Shown here: positions 38,160 to 51,454 of the stretch, in pieces
Layout: each line of letters opens with the position of its first letter
How positions within the stretch are numbered: the stretch's first letter is position 1
Assembly (NCBI RefSeq): GCF_006345805.1
Contig: NC_043005.1
Coordinates: forward strand, 100,316,001 to 100,380,000
DNA from: Octopus sinensis
Lineage: Eukaryota
DNA: 64,000 nt
Direction: 5' to 3'
Program-made: the position numbers and the translations under genes
The notes under the pieces: generated by a model
What the model was told of the DNA's origin: nothing
Database searches by the model: none
Seen by the model: the letters and a program-made list of their open reading frames with translations, nothing else

Positions 38160-38734
38160 TACTGTAAGGCTGTCCGGAAAGTTTGTGCCAATTCATAGTA
38201 TCTTACCTTTCGACTTATTTTTTAACATGGTTGAGTCCAAAAAATACAATTTGACTACACCCCCATTTAGAGCACAGTTTAAGCTATCTTTTCGTGGAAG
38301 AAGGTTTATGTTCCTATAACCTGTGTTAATTCTGAAACCCTTTAAAATAGAAAATAAGAAAGTTCATTTTCGGCACTTACTGCTTTGGGAACCAGACAAA
38401 AATTACTACAGCTCGGCTGGGATGTGTTACCCCACCCTTCATATTAACCAGATATTACTCCTTCAGATTTCCACTTATTCAGGTCTCTGCAGAATAGTTT
38501 TAATGGTAAAAATTTCAATTCCTTGGATGATGTAAAAAGATACTTTGAGGAATTCTTTGCCATGAAACCATCTCAATTCTGGGAAGAGGATATTTTCAAA
38601 TTAAAGGAAAGATGGAGATGCATTGTGCAACAAAATGGTTTATATTTGGTTAATTAAAAATGTAATGGCAAATACTTATTGACCTTTTTTCTTTCCTTTA
38701 AAAATCGACACAAACTTTCCAGACAACCCAATAC
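38160..38734 (+). mobile_element. Internally deleted mariner transposon
   Basis: TIRs (..GTCCGGAAAGTTTGTGCCAAT / ATCGACACAAACTTTCCAGACAACCCAATA); LGWDVLPHPSY*PDITPSDFHLFRSLQN...KERWRCIVQQNG. Confidence 0.85.
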
Positions 38735-39515
38735 AATAAGATGTACACACCACATAATCATAATTAGTAGTACAACAGTTGTATATACCGTATCACTCTA
38801 AGCATCAGTAATATACTATCATTACTATCAACTTAATCTTGAGCTTCATACAAAGTTGAGTTGTTCTGGATTTCTTAGATAAAGCCAAAACTTACGAAAT
38901 TTTTATGAAAATAAAAATGTGGTAGTAGAAAAAATAATATGTATAAGTAAAATATATAAATAAAATAACTATTAAGAATGTATTTGTGTGTTATTGTTAG
39001 AACGGATAGTGTCACAGCTGACTTGTTCTTTCATCTATCCATTATCATTAATATAAGAGTTCTGAATATACTAGAAGCAATTCCATCAAACATGTCCTTT
39101 GCATAAAGTAAAATTCTATGAATAGATACTATAATATTATGTTAAACAGACATAATGGTAAAACATTCATGAAACAGAACTTGTAATCTTTCCACAAATA
39201 GACTTTCAGATAATGGCAATTTTCTCTGGGAACATACAAAACATAAAAGTTAATATCCTTCTTTCCAAAAGCATTAGTAATCTTGCATTTAAAAATTGAA
39301 ACGTAATATTTCAAACTTAAGATTACTGAGGGGTATATCCAAAGATATTGCATTCATTAATTAAATTTACTAGAGACATGAGACAAGACAGTCATAAAAG
39401 TCTGCCATGTTTATCATAGAACCACAGTGTGGATTCTAAAAGAAGGATTGACTGGCTGATGCTGTTTCTAGCTTATTCACCTTCATCAGCAATTGATTAC
39501 TTTAAAACTACTGCT

Positions 39516-39985
39516 TCATCATCATCATCGTTTAACGTCCGCTTTCCATGCTAGCATGGGTTGGATGATTTTGACTGAGGACTGGCGAACCAGATGGCTG
39601 CACCAGGCTCCAGTCTTGATCTGGAAGAGTTTCTACAGCTGGATGCCCTTCCTAACGCCAACCACTCCAAGAGTGTAGTGGGTGCTTTTACATGCCACCG
39701 GCACGGGGGCCAGTCAGGCGGTACTGGCAATGACCTCGCTCGATTTTTTTACACATGCCAACGGCACAGGTGCCAGTAAGGCGATGCTGGTAACAATCAT
39801 GCTCGAATGGTGCCTCCTACATGCCACCGGCATGGAAGCCAGTTAGCCGCTCTGGCAACGATCATGCTCGGATGGTGCTCTTAATACCCTACTAGCATGG
39901 GGCACAAGTACCAGTAAGGCAAAGCTGGTAACGATCACACTCAAATGGTGCCTTTTATGTGTCACTGGCACGGAAGCTGAGCTAC
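39516..39985 (-). mobile_element. RTE LINE 3' UTR fragment with about 5 tandem units
   Basis: (CAT)n, RTE tail, repeated GGTGC(T)nACATGCCACCGGCAC units. Confidence 0.85.
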
Positions 39986-40404
39986 TGTTGTCATGGTTAT
40001 TACTAATATAACACATTTTAGGCTGTTGGTTCTATTACACAAATTACTGAGGTGTCAGCTGTGCTTACTTAGCAAACAAAAAATTTCTATGAAGTATACC
40101 CAAAGATTTTAGCCATCTCTGCATTCAGAAATTAATTAAATTGTATTCGCTGGATGCAGAAAACAGTTGTAAAGGTCAGTCATGGATACTGTCACCATGG
40201 ACAATAAAAGAGGAATTGATTGCGCACCGTTCTTTCTAATTTATTAATCTTCATTAGCGATCAAATACCCTACATGTTAAGGCAACTTTGAAACTGTTTG
40301 AAAGTGATTGCTGCTACACTTACAACAAAAGACAGGTAGACGAATTTCAATGTTGGACACATTTTCTGCAGTTAGTTCTGCTGAATCTTATAGCACACTA
40401 TACT

Positions 40405-40810
40405 CTTTTACTCTTTTACTTGTTTCAGTCATTTGACTGTGGCCATGCTGGAGCACCGCCTTTAGTTGAGCAAATCGACCCCAGAACTTACTCTTTGGAA
40501 GCCTAGAACTTATTCTATCGGTCTCTTTTGCCGAACCACTAAGTTATGGGGACGTAAACACACCACCATGCAGTTCTCAAGTGGTGTTGGGGAGGGACAA
40601 ACACAGACACGCAAACATATATACCCATATATATATATGCATATATACGATGGGCTTCTTTCAGTTTCCTTCTACCAAATCCGCTCACAAGGCTTTGGTC
40701 AGCTCGAGGCTATAGTAGCAGACACTTGCCCAAGGTGCCACGCAGTGGGAATGAACTCGGAACCATGTGGTTGATAAGCAAGCTACTTACCACACAGCCA
40801 CTCCTGCACC
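40405..40810 (-). mobile_element. SINE family A
   Basis: Reverse complement of family A, complete. Confidence 0.85.
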
Positions 40811-40899
40811 TATATAGATAGAAAATATTGTTAAAACTGTTTCATTCTTTTCTTTTTCTTTTTTTTTTTACTGTCTTTTCTTCTTCTTGATAATAATCA

Positions 40900-41200
40900 A
40901 GCCTTAACAAAAGGACTTTGACAGAACATGCTTTTTAATATGAGCTGCCGCCCCAAGGACGGAGGATTTTTTGGAGTATTTGCCTGGTTGCCATTTGTCT
41001 GACATCCAACTGTCCCAGATAGTATGATAGCTTTTTGGGAGATTAAATTTAATGCTCCAATAATTACTGTTACAACTTCTTTTGTTGTGGGGACATCCCC
41101 ACATTTTCTAATATCTATACTTTTAAGCCAATGTATTTTGCGATCCCATTGAGACCCTTTCCAAGTACATGATTATACCACTTGTCTGAAGAGTTGAATC
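40900..41200 (-). pseudogene. Decayed Dong/R4-like C-terminus
   Basis: EVVTVIIGAL and KSSVLGAAAHIKKHVLS in different frames resemble the ends at 19324 and 20474. Confidence 0.5.
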
Positions 41201-41989
41201 CATATTTTAACAAATTGACCAGTGTAAATTAATACAAATCTTATCAAGGCATCACTCGTATTCTTTCTCAGCCATCATTTGGCAACCTGCTACAATATAT
41301 ACTCATTATTTTTCACTCACAGATTACAAAAGTGTTACTTGTTTATTGAAGCAGTGAAATAAATACTCTAATTCAGTGAAGTAGTGTTCAGAGCATGTCC
41401 TTTTGCCACAAGCAAAATCCCAATTTCTTTCACTGTAAAACCACTTCCATTTTGATCAGTGATTTTTCCCATTCTGGTGAAATTGTTAGAGTGTCAGAAA
41501 AAACTGCTTTAAAGTATTTGTTCAGAATTTTACATGATGAGTTCAATTCCTGCCAAGGTCAACTTTGCCTTTCATCCTTCCAGCATCAAGAAGTTTTCTC
41601 AGTCTTAATCTAACATTCTGTCAAACTCAGCAATTTAATCTCATCCTTCAGTCATCATTCAGTCAATCTCCTGTTCACTCACCAATCACTCGCAATTCAA
41701 TCAATTTTACTGATCTACTAATCAGTCACCATTCAATAATCCTTACCAATTAGTCATCTCTTTGTCAATTCCACTCATCACTCACCATTTGATCAAGCTT
41801 ACCAATTACTTGCTATTTAATACATCTCTCCAATTACACACCATTCAATCAGTCTCACCTCTCAGTCATCATTCACCAGTCATCTATCTCATGAATCAAT
41901 CAGCAAGTAAAATGCAATGTACATTGTCTCCTGTTTTGATTAACTGTAGGAAAATAAAAACTGAAACATTTTCATCTAACAATTCATTT

Positions 41990-42687
41990 TACTTGATAAT
42001 GATGAGGATGGTGGTTGCGACAATGATGATGAAAATGATGCTGATGATGCTGGGGGTGGAGCGTTGGTGATGATGATTATGATGATGATGATGATGAGAG
42101 ATGATAATATAGTAAAATACTTCTAATAATAAACACCAGAGGGCAGCAATGAGGAGTTTAATGCTGAGTTATTTATGGAATTTAAAATATTCTTGCGATA
42201 ATAATAAAACAATGGCAGAATAAATACGGTCGTATTGGTGGTGTTAGTGGTGATGGTAGTTGGTAGTAGTAGTAGTAGTAGTGGTGTTGAAAGTCGTGGT
42301 AGTGGTAGTGCTAACAATGGTGTGTAGAAGTGTGGTGGTAGTGGTAACGGTGGTGGTATGAAGTGATGTGTTGGTGCCTGTAGTGGTGGTGGCTGAGGTA
42401 GTAGTAGTCATTAGCACTGCTGTTGATGGTAACTGTGCAGGGGTGTAGTGTTTGTGGTGATGGTGATGGTGGTAGTGTTGGTAGTCGTAATGATGGTTGT
42501 AGGGGTCATGGCAATTGTGGTGGTGGTGGAGTGTAGTGGTAATGAGGACAGCAGCTGTAGGGGTAAATGTAGTAGTAGTAGTAGTGGTAGTGGAGGTGGT
42601 GGTGCTAGTAGTGGTGATGGTGGTAGTAGTGATGGCATGGCAATGGTGATGGTAGTAGTAGTAGTAGTAGTAGCGGTGGCGGCGGCG

Positions 42688-42719
<32 letters not shown>

Positions 42720-42920
42720 GGTGGTGTAGAATGGAAAATTGGTGAAGAGGGATGAAACAAGAAATACAATTATGAAGAAGAAAAAACAAGTTTAGAAAAC
42801 AAAAAAGAGAAAAAAACATTGAAAAAAAAACAATGTAACGAGGAAATTTCAAGAGCAGAAAGGCAAAGAGGATGGTGATGATGATGATGATGGTGATGAT
42901 GATAATGATGATGATGATGG

Positions 42921-42951
<31 letters not shown>

Positions 42952-42960
42952 AAGTATCAA
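41990..42960. repeat. Degenerate compound trinucleotide tract (GAT/GTG/TAG)n
   Basis: Direct inspection. Confidence 0.85.
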
Positions 42961-43329
42961 GAATAAAATAAGTATAAAAACGAAGACAAAACAATACTGG
43001 AAAAAAAATGATACTCAACAAAAAACAAAAGCGAAAGCGAAAATGAAACAAACAGAAAATAAGGCAGCAGCATCTGATATTTTGTTGTTGTTGTTGTTCC
43101 CTTAGACTAGTCCAACGATCATTAACTAATATATAACTTTTATTTCAACTTCTACTTTTCCCCCTCCAACTAAAGAGGTTTTATTTTTTTTTCAACAAAT
43201 TCTTCACAACTTCAAAAAAAAACAACAAAAAACAGAATTTAAAAAAAAAAATTAAAAAATAAGCATCATACAATTTAAGAATTACAGACTGAAAAAAATG
43301 CCACCACAAAAGTCATGCTCTAATGCTAC

Positions 43330-43419
43330 GTATATATACATATATATATATAAATACATATGTGTGAGTGTATGTGCTTGTGTAAATGGATGCATATATA
43401 TATATATATAATGTATATA

Positions 43420-43458
<39 letters not shown>

Positions 43459-43465
43459 GTATATA

Positions 43466-43518
<53 letters not shown>

Positions 43519-43542
43519 TATATATAAATGTATATATATATG

Positions 43543-43577
<35 letters not shown>

Positions 43578-43585
43578 GCATATAT

Positions 43586-43635
<50 letters not shown>

Positions 43636-43871
43636 GTAGTGTTTTGTATGTGTGTATGTATCTTAAAGTGTTTTATTTGCTAGTGTTTAGCTTTATTTGT
43701 TTGTTTTTCTTTGATATGAACTTAGTTTCTGTATTTAATGAAGAACACTACCAAAAGGAAGTGTGAAATAAGACAGTCTAAGAAAACTGAGCATTTAGTC
43801 GGGGAGGAGGGGATATATATATATATATATGTATGTATGTATAAATATATATGTATATGTATAAATGTATG

Positions 43872-43915
<44 letters not shown>

Positions 43916-43940
43916 TATACATACATATATATATATATAC

Positions 43941-43980
<40 letters not shown>

Positions 43981-44105
43981 ATATATATAATATATATACA
44001 TACATATACATACATACATATAAACATACACACACACATATATATATATATGTATGTGTGTGTGTTTGTGCAAGTGTATGTGTGTGTGTGTGTATGTGTG
44101 TGTAT
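43330..44105. repeat. Two long (TA)n-rich tracts
   Basis: Direct inspection. Confidence 0.9.
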
Positions 44106-44392
44106 AAGGATGATGTGTGATTACATGATATATGGTAACGGCTGGGCGGTTAGATGGAGGTGTGGTGGAAGTTACAACAGGTTTATTATTGAAGAATTCC
44201 GGCATAAAATAATAGTAGTTATTATGGGAACCTTTGAAAAAAATTTACTGCAAATTTGATGACAAAGAAGAAGAAAGGATGGGGAGGGGCCAAAGTGACA
44301 CAGCAAGTGGGAAAGTGGGGAAGGGGACAGATAATGCTGTGTATGAATGTGCATAAAAATGTGCATGCTTGTATGTATGTATGTGTGTGTGA

Positions 44393-44428
<36 letters not shown>

Positions 44429-44620
44429 CTTGATTTAGATTACACATTGCAGAAACATCAGATTATAATCAAAGAGGTTAAAAGTTCAAATTCATATTCC
44501 AGAATCTCTCTTTGCCTTTTCCACTCTGATTTTAACTTCGTTTAAGAAGATTTAGTTCCTACCATCTTTCTCTGTAGCCCTGAGCATTACCAATTAACAT
44601 TGCAAGATTTTAGGTCACAA

Positions 44621-44689
44621 ACTAATAATAATAATAATAATAATAACAATAACAATAATAATAATAATAACAATAATAACAATAATAAC

Positions 44690-44736
<47 letters not shown>

Positions 44737-44761
44737 CAATAACAATAATAACAATAATAAC

Positions 44762-44845
<84 letters not shown>
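44621..44845 (+). repeat. (AAT/AAC)n microsatellite
   Basis: Direct inspection. Confidence 0.95.
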
Positions 44846-44846
<1 letters not shown>

Positions 44847-45534
44847 GTTGGAAAATGGAAATATTTTCTCCTTGTGAAGGCCATAAACATTTGGTCCTTT
44901 CTCTTAAATCTTAAAATAATCTCACATGAATCTTGGATGTTGTGCATACACACACACACACACATGCACGCACACACACAGAATCACACTGACAGGCATA
45001 CATGTGCATGTAGAAAGTATAAAAAAAACCTTCCTTCATTGGCTCACAACATCAGCCCTTTCTTCATCCCTGTATTCTCAGACCAAGGGAAATGACGTAA
45101 ACATTAAATTCATCCTCCCTTCTGGGAATCGAATTTACAAACACTTCTATAGACCCATTTTTCCATTAATTTATTGCTCACTCACACACACACACAACAT
45201 TATTAGTTTCCTTTGACTCCAGAAGTTACCATCTCACGGAAAGTGTTGCTCAGTCAAATAGCATCTTTTATCAACCTAACAAATACTTACAAATAACATT
45301 CTTTATCAACCTTACAAATATTGCTCTATTGACCCATCATTAGGTTGCTTTCTGTCTCAACCTGCTTGGTACTCTATCACATCTAAAATATATTTTTTTA
45401 TCCATATACCTACCTCATTCATTAGATTAATCACTAAGTACTCAAACTAAGCACTTTGTCCTCTCCATCTTCACCAGAAACGTTAGATTTACAGGTAAGA
45501 ACCAAAATTGATCAAAGATTTAATTGATCAAAGA

Positions 45535-45797
45535 TTCCATGCCGGTGGCACGTAAAAAGCACCAACCGATTGTGGCCATTGCCAGCCTCTCCTAGCACCT
45601 GTGCCGGTGGCATGTAAAAAGCACCCACTACACTCATGGAGTGGTTGGCTTTAGGAAGGGCATGCAGCTGTAGAAACACTGCCAGATCAGACTCGAGCCT
45701 GGTGCAGCCTTCTGGCTTCCCAGACCCTGGTCGAACCGTCCAACCCATGCTAGCATGGCAAACGGACGTTAAATGATGATGATGATGATGATGATGA
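45535..45797 (+). mobile_element. RTE LINE 3' UTR fragment
   Basis: Two GGCAC units, RTE tail, (GAT)n. Confidence 0.85.
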
Positions 45798-46979
45798 TTT
45801 AACAAGGTCTAGTTATAGACAATGTAGCTAGTGCCCCAGTATCAAGGCAGTGCCCTAGTATGGTAACAGTCTAATGACTGAAACAAGTAAAAGATAAAAG
45901 ATGTTTTTTGAGCAATTTACAGCGAAAAGAGATCGGTCAACTTATACACCAAGGCAACTTTAGCAGAACAAAACCTACATGTGAAATACATATTTTGGTA
46001 AGATATTGACTGAATGTTTATACTACATGTTTACACTATATACTATAATTTGTATGTTGGAAAATATGGTAAGTCATACACTTTAGTAAGGACTAAAAAA
46101 TGCCTTGGTCAATGGAAACCAAAGAGTTAAGTCAATACTAACACAGATAATGTGATGTACCAATAAATATTCATTAATTAAAATTACACCCATAATAATG
46201 AGAAATGATTATTAGCACAATTATCAAATAAGCTAATGATTGTTTTTATTCCTCAAGGGTACAATTTTAATTATCATTTGTTGGTAAACTACATAAATTA
46301 TGTTAGCACTGACCTCCCTGTTTAGTTTTTGGGGAGGAAGTGTAAGGCAGATCTAATTTCAGTCTCACCCACAATTGTAATAATAAAATTATGTGCAACC
46401 AAAATTTAAATTGCAAATTAAAGATAAGTCTTATCATTATCGTCACCATAACAGTCCACCTCCTTCCCTCCTCTTCCCCTTCCCCCCTCCTCTTCCCCTG
46501 CCCCCCTCCTCCTCCTATTCCATCATCATCATCATCATCCTCCTCCTCCTCCTCCTCCTCCTCCTCCTCCTCCTCCTAGGTGGTAACTGATTGAGATTTT
46601 CTAGGAAATGCCACAGATCCTCACCAGAGTTTCAGTTGAGATCACCGTGTGACTATTGGAATGTCAGTGTCACACACTATTAAAGAGACTGTTACACAGA
46701 GAGTGTATCACAGAATGTGATACAATTTGTTATAACATGTATATTACATACTATGGCACACAAAATATGTTGTATTGTCATACAGCATGTCGTAGATTCT
46801 GCTATCCACAATATGATACAGTGTGTGATACTTTACATCATATACTCTGTCATATAGTGGATGTCATTCATTGTGTCATACAACATGTCATACATTATAT
46901 CATATACTGTGTCAAAGTGTCAGAGTGCATGTTGTACATTTTGTCATAGAGTACAGAGTACATTATCATACAATGGTAG

Positions 46980-47433
46980 GTTGCCAGCCTACCCTGGCAC
47001 CTGTGCCGGCGGCACGTAAAAAGCACCATCCATATGTGGCCGATTTCAGCACCACCTTGACTGGCTTCCAGTAAAACCACTAACCGATCATGGCCATTGC
47101 CAGCCTCCCCTGGCACCTGTGCTGGTGGCATGTAAAAAGCACCATCCATACGTGGTCGATGACAGCGCCACCTTGACTGGCTTCCATGCCAGTGGCACGT
47201 AAAAAGCACCATCCGATCGTGGTCATTGCCAGCCTCCCCTGACACCTGTGCCGGTGGCACATGAAAAGCACCCACTACACTCATGAAGTGGTTGGCGTTA
47301 GGAAGGGCATCCAGCTGTAGAAACATTGCCAGATCAGACTGGAGTCTGGTGCAGCCTCCTGACTTCCCAGACCACGGTCGAACAGTCCAGTCCATGCTAG
47401 CATAGAAAACAAACGTTAAACGATGATGATGAT
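46980..47433 (+). mobile_element. RTE LINE 3' UTR fragment with about 5 tandem units
   Basis: Repeated TGCCGGTGGCAC-GTAAAAAGCACC units, RTE tail; inserted in a degenerate GTCATAC-type minisatellite (46640-47480). Confidence 0.85.
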
Positions 47434-47484
47434 GTGTCATATTTGTGGCTGTACAATGTATCATACAGTATTTCATGCAATAAG

Positions 47485-47658
47485 TTGTAAGCTTACTTCC
47501 TAACCACATGATTCCAGGTTCAGTCCCACTGCACAGCACCTTGAGCAAGTATCTTGTACTATAGCCTTGGGCTGACCAAATCCTTGTGAGTGGATTTGGT
47601 TGACAGAAACTGAGAGAAGACTGTCAAATATATGTGTGTATATATATATATATATATA
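47485..47658 (+). mobile_element. SINE family A, 5' half
   Basis: Head and core up to the internal (TA)n, where a Helitron terminus begins. Confidence 0.7.
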
Positions 47659-48301
47659 CTAGCTGATATACCCGGTAATTTCCAGAAAAGCGGGTCTTAT
47701 CCCTTGCTCCTGTTCTCATAACTGTTTTGCTAATCCTATAGCAACAATACAAAGTATGTAGCCCTTGAAATGGTTTTTATGCATTTACAGAGAATGCCAA
47801 ACCGTCTTGCATAGGATCTTGCTTTTGGGAAATCCCAAGAAGTTATGAATACCAAAATCGTGAAGTCAGTTATGTAATAACATGTAAATTAGTTACCCAA
47901 TAGCAACAATTTAAATAAAGTAGCCCCGAAAAGGGCTTTAATGCATTCCCAGAGTATATGGAACTTAGGAGGAAATACTAATAAGGTATGTGTACTATAA
48001 TCGGGAACCATGTTACGTAATAACAGGCAAATAAAAACAATTCAAAGTAAATAACTCTGAAAAGTTCTTCATGCAATGCTTGTCAATTGGCTGAAGTGGA
48101 ATGAAAGGCATTCATGGCAAGTAAAATTATGCTAAATACAACTAAATTGAAACCTTTCCCCCTTGGCCATATTGGCAATTCTGAAAACTTTTGGGTGTGA
48201 ATTTTACATGAGTAGAAGCTTTTTTTAACAATTTTTATCCTGAAAATCACCTGCGTAAATTACACAGGTGTGCAAATTACATGGGTTTTTATGGTAATTG
48301 A
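47659..48301 (-). mobile_element. Non-autonomous Helitron-like element
   Basis: Minus strand A|TC at 48301, ..CCGGGTATATCAG-CTAG|T at 47659; internal duplication of about 160 bp period. Confidence 0.55.
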
Positions 48302-49394
48302 TTTACTGCCTCCCCACAAAATTGCTGGCCTTGAGGCAAAATTTGAAACCACTACTTATGGCTGTCAGGGTGGTGAGCTGGCAGAATTGTTGGCACACTG
48401 GACAAAATGCTTAGCAGCACTTCATCTGGACTTATATTCAACCAACAGAGAAAGGTGACCTATCAAACTAATTATATAAAGAGAATTCTGATTGGTTGAA
48501 TGTGTCTTCTTGTCTCAAGCTCTGATCTTCTGCCTATCCCTGTCGGAACCTTTGATATGGAGTATTGAAATTTTAATCCCTTTCCCACTTATAAAATGTC
48601 TGGCAAACTGATTGTCTACCATCTTTTAGGGGCTTACTCCCATCCACCAAAATTGCTGGCCTTGAGCCAGAATTTGAAACCAATATTAAGAGTTGACTTC
48701 CCAAATTATTCTGCACAGATTTAAACAGTTCCACTTTGAGTCCTTCAGTAATTAAAGTTTCTTGCTTGCTACATTGTGCTAGTGCTGACCAAACGACAAT
48801 TTTTCCATTCTTATCATGTCTCAGAATAACAGACATTAATGAATACACTAACTAATAATGGTTTAAGTAGAACAATAATTACATCAATCAATCAGTTTGT
48901 GAGGATATGGTGCCTCTTATTCATGCTAACTAGACCAAAGGAAATGTTAAAATTATTTGAATTGTAATATCTTTTGAAATAAATCAAATTGATATTGTTA
49001 TAAATGGAAATACTATAAATACCTATGAAACAATAGTTTGTTTCATGTTGAATGTGGAAAGTTTATATAATAAAGCATAGAACAGTGACATCAGCTGGTA
49101 GTAAACTGTTGGCTGGTTCTTACAGAAGCTAATTATTTACAGGACAGTAATTTAAGATAAAAGACAAATGAGAAGAAAGATAGACAAAGATGGAACATTT
49201 TTATTGTAAGAAAAGGCCGGGTTAGAGCTGATAATAAAGTGCTCTGAGATTGACTGCATTGACAGAAGGTTTGGAGCTATGTATGTGTGCCTGTGAGTAA
49301 TGATAGTTAAGTCATAACACAAACCCTCTATTCACAGTTATTAACATATATCTTGTACATCTATGGCTGCTTTAATGATTCTATATTATCTCCA

Positions 49395-49795
49395 ATAATG
49401 CTGTGCTTGAGGAGACCCATTGAGTCAGGCACATCAACATCAAAAAATCAAAAGGAAATTGTAGTTGTGATACCTGTGCTGGTGGCATGTAAAAAGCACC
49501 ATCCGAATATGGGCGATGCCAATGCCGCCTTGACTGGCTTCCATGCCGGTGGCACGTAAAAAGCACCAACCAATCGTGGGCATTGCCAGCCTCCCCTGGC
49601 ACCTGTGCTGGTGGCACGTAAAAAGGACCCACAACACTCATGGGGTGGTTGGCTTTAGGAAGGGCATCCAGCTGTAGAAACACTACCAGATCAGACTGGA
49701 GCCTGGTGCAGCCTCCTGGCTTCCCAGACCACGGTCAAACCGTCAAACCTATGCTAGCATGGAAAACGGACGTTAAACGATGATGAACAATGATG
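49395..49795 (+). mobile_element. RTE LINE 3' UTR fragment
   Basis: Three GGCAC units, RTE tail. Confidence 0.85.
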
Positions 49796-50757
49796 AATAC
49801 CTCTTTGTTTCACCCACATTCTTCTGTCTTAAAATTCCCTTAACCTTACAACTGTGAAATTATATTTCATGGCTATTGCAGTAATGATGTTAAAGATCTA
49901 CCACAAAATCAAATTGGTATTTTCTGCAAGTTACTCTCCTCAATAAACTTGACATATCTCAACAGAAAATAGCTTCAAACAAGACATTCTTCAACAAAAG
50001 ATAGATCGGCATATAACACTACTTTCTGCCATTAGGAGTAATGAAAGGCTTAAACATGTTTCATTGACTCTGTATAAAATACATGATACAACCCTTCTTC
50101 TTTTGATTTGTATTCTTCTGGAACTTTTTCTTTCCTGTCCATTTCTCACTCTCAATCATTAACCTCTAAATAGAATAAATTCTTATACCAAATCAACAAG
50201 GACTGAGTTTTGATATTTCAGTTATGCCTGATGCAACCCATCACGGATTTCCTCTAGGTTTTTTCAACCCTTTTATTAATTGCTTTAATGCCATCTTGTC
50301 CTTTCTGTCCAAATGTTTAACAGAGACTTACAAAGGCTATAACAATTGCTTGCTGTTCTCTAATGGCATTTAAGAAAAGCAGAACTGGGTGAAGACATGC
50401 TTCAGTTTATATATGAGACAACCTAAAGTTGGTAATAAAGAAATACAGAGGGAACGGTTGATGAAAAATAGAAGAAAATAATTTATAAATGGTAGAACAT
50501 CAGATAAAGAATGACCAATTTTTTATACTTCACCAACACTATGTAACATAGATTAGTACACCTGAACACATAAATCGTGATCAAATCAGACATTAGCTTC
50601 CATTTTCTTAGAATGGAAGCCGATGTTTTCTTTTATTTATTCTCTGACTGGAAAAAAAGATATTTGATAATAGTTTGAATTGTTAAGAAATGCAACTTCC
50701 TGATCTATTGTGTGTTATTTCTACATAGAAGAAAGTTACTATCATTAATTTGCTTAC

Positions 50758-50816
50758 GTCTACTTGGTTATACAACAGATAATACACTCCTTTGTAGTTA
50801 GCACAAGAAAGGATAG
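50758..50816 (-). CDS. Candidate internal exon of unidentified gene
   Basis: Acceptor GTTGTTTTCTTACTAG, donor GTAAGC, 59 nt, only one open frame ILSCANYKGVYYLLYNQVD. Confidence 0.4.
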
Positions 50817-51189
50817 CTAGTAAGAAAACAACAACAACAACACACAAATTATATCTCATACTTCCTCCATAGCAGAAAAAGAGGAGATTCAACACAAAAT
50901 TGTTTCTATGAAGTAACAATTTAACAGTGAAACAGTCAAAATATCTCAGAAAAGAATAAATAGTTTCATACCAATAGGAATATAATCTTGACATAGATTT
51001 GTTACTTCTTCCTTCTTTATTTCATGGCTGGTACTTCCATTCTAACCAGGGGCTGGAGAGACTACAAGGCCCCTTATAGGAAAAATAACTAGCTATCTTC
51101 CCAAATACTGACGCCCAGTTACTGAGACAGTCTTACAGAATGATGTTTTAAAAAGAGCTTTGAAATACCACACATAAAATAAATGTGCC

Positions 51190-51400
51190 CTTTTAAAGCC
51201 TAACCAGGCTCATGGGCCCGGTTTCCCGGTTTCTGTGGCGTATGTGTTCTCCAGCTGAATGGGATGCCAGTCCATTGCAGCGTTACTCATTTTTGCCAGC
51301 TGAGTGGACTGCAGTAACATGAAATGAAGTGTTTTGCTCAAGAGCACAACATATCGCCTGGTCCACTAAGCCTTACCACTAAGCCACGCACCTCCACATA
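51190..51400 (-). mobile_element. SINE family C/D-related
   Basis: GGGCCCGGTTTCCCGGTTTCTG..GCCAGCTGAGTGGACTG..TTTGCTCAAGAGCAC. Confidence 0.65.
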
Positions 51401-51454
51401 CACCACACCTACACATGCCAAAATCCATGTTTGAACATTTAATCCCTACACACT

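Noticed and set aside
39129-39353. Ig-like FKCKITNAFG motif in a 74-aa ORF
   Set aside because: Motif is short, lacks the D-x-G-x-Y context and overlaps what looks like an intronic pyrimidine tract.
39690-39980. CRISPR-like look of repeated GTGCCACCGGCAC units
   Set aside because: Intervening sequences are homologous to each other, the array is part of the RTE 3' UTR, the DNA is eukaryotic and there are no cas genes.
42244-42960. 238-aa His/Thr/Ile-rich ORF
   Set aside because: Made of degenerate trinucleotide repeats with no unique sequence or convincing splice context.
48573-48848. WD40-like HDKNGKIVVWS peptide
   Set aside because: No good splice sites and the ORF runs into a repeat fragment.
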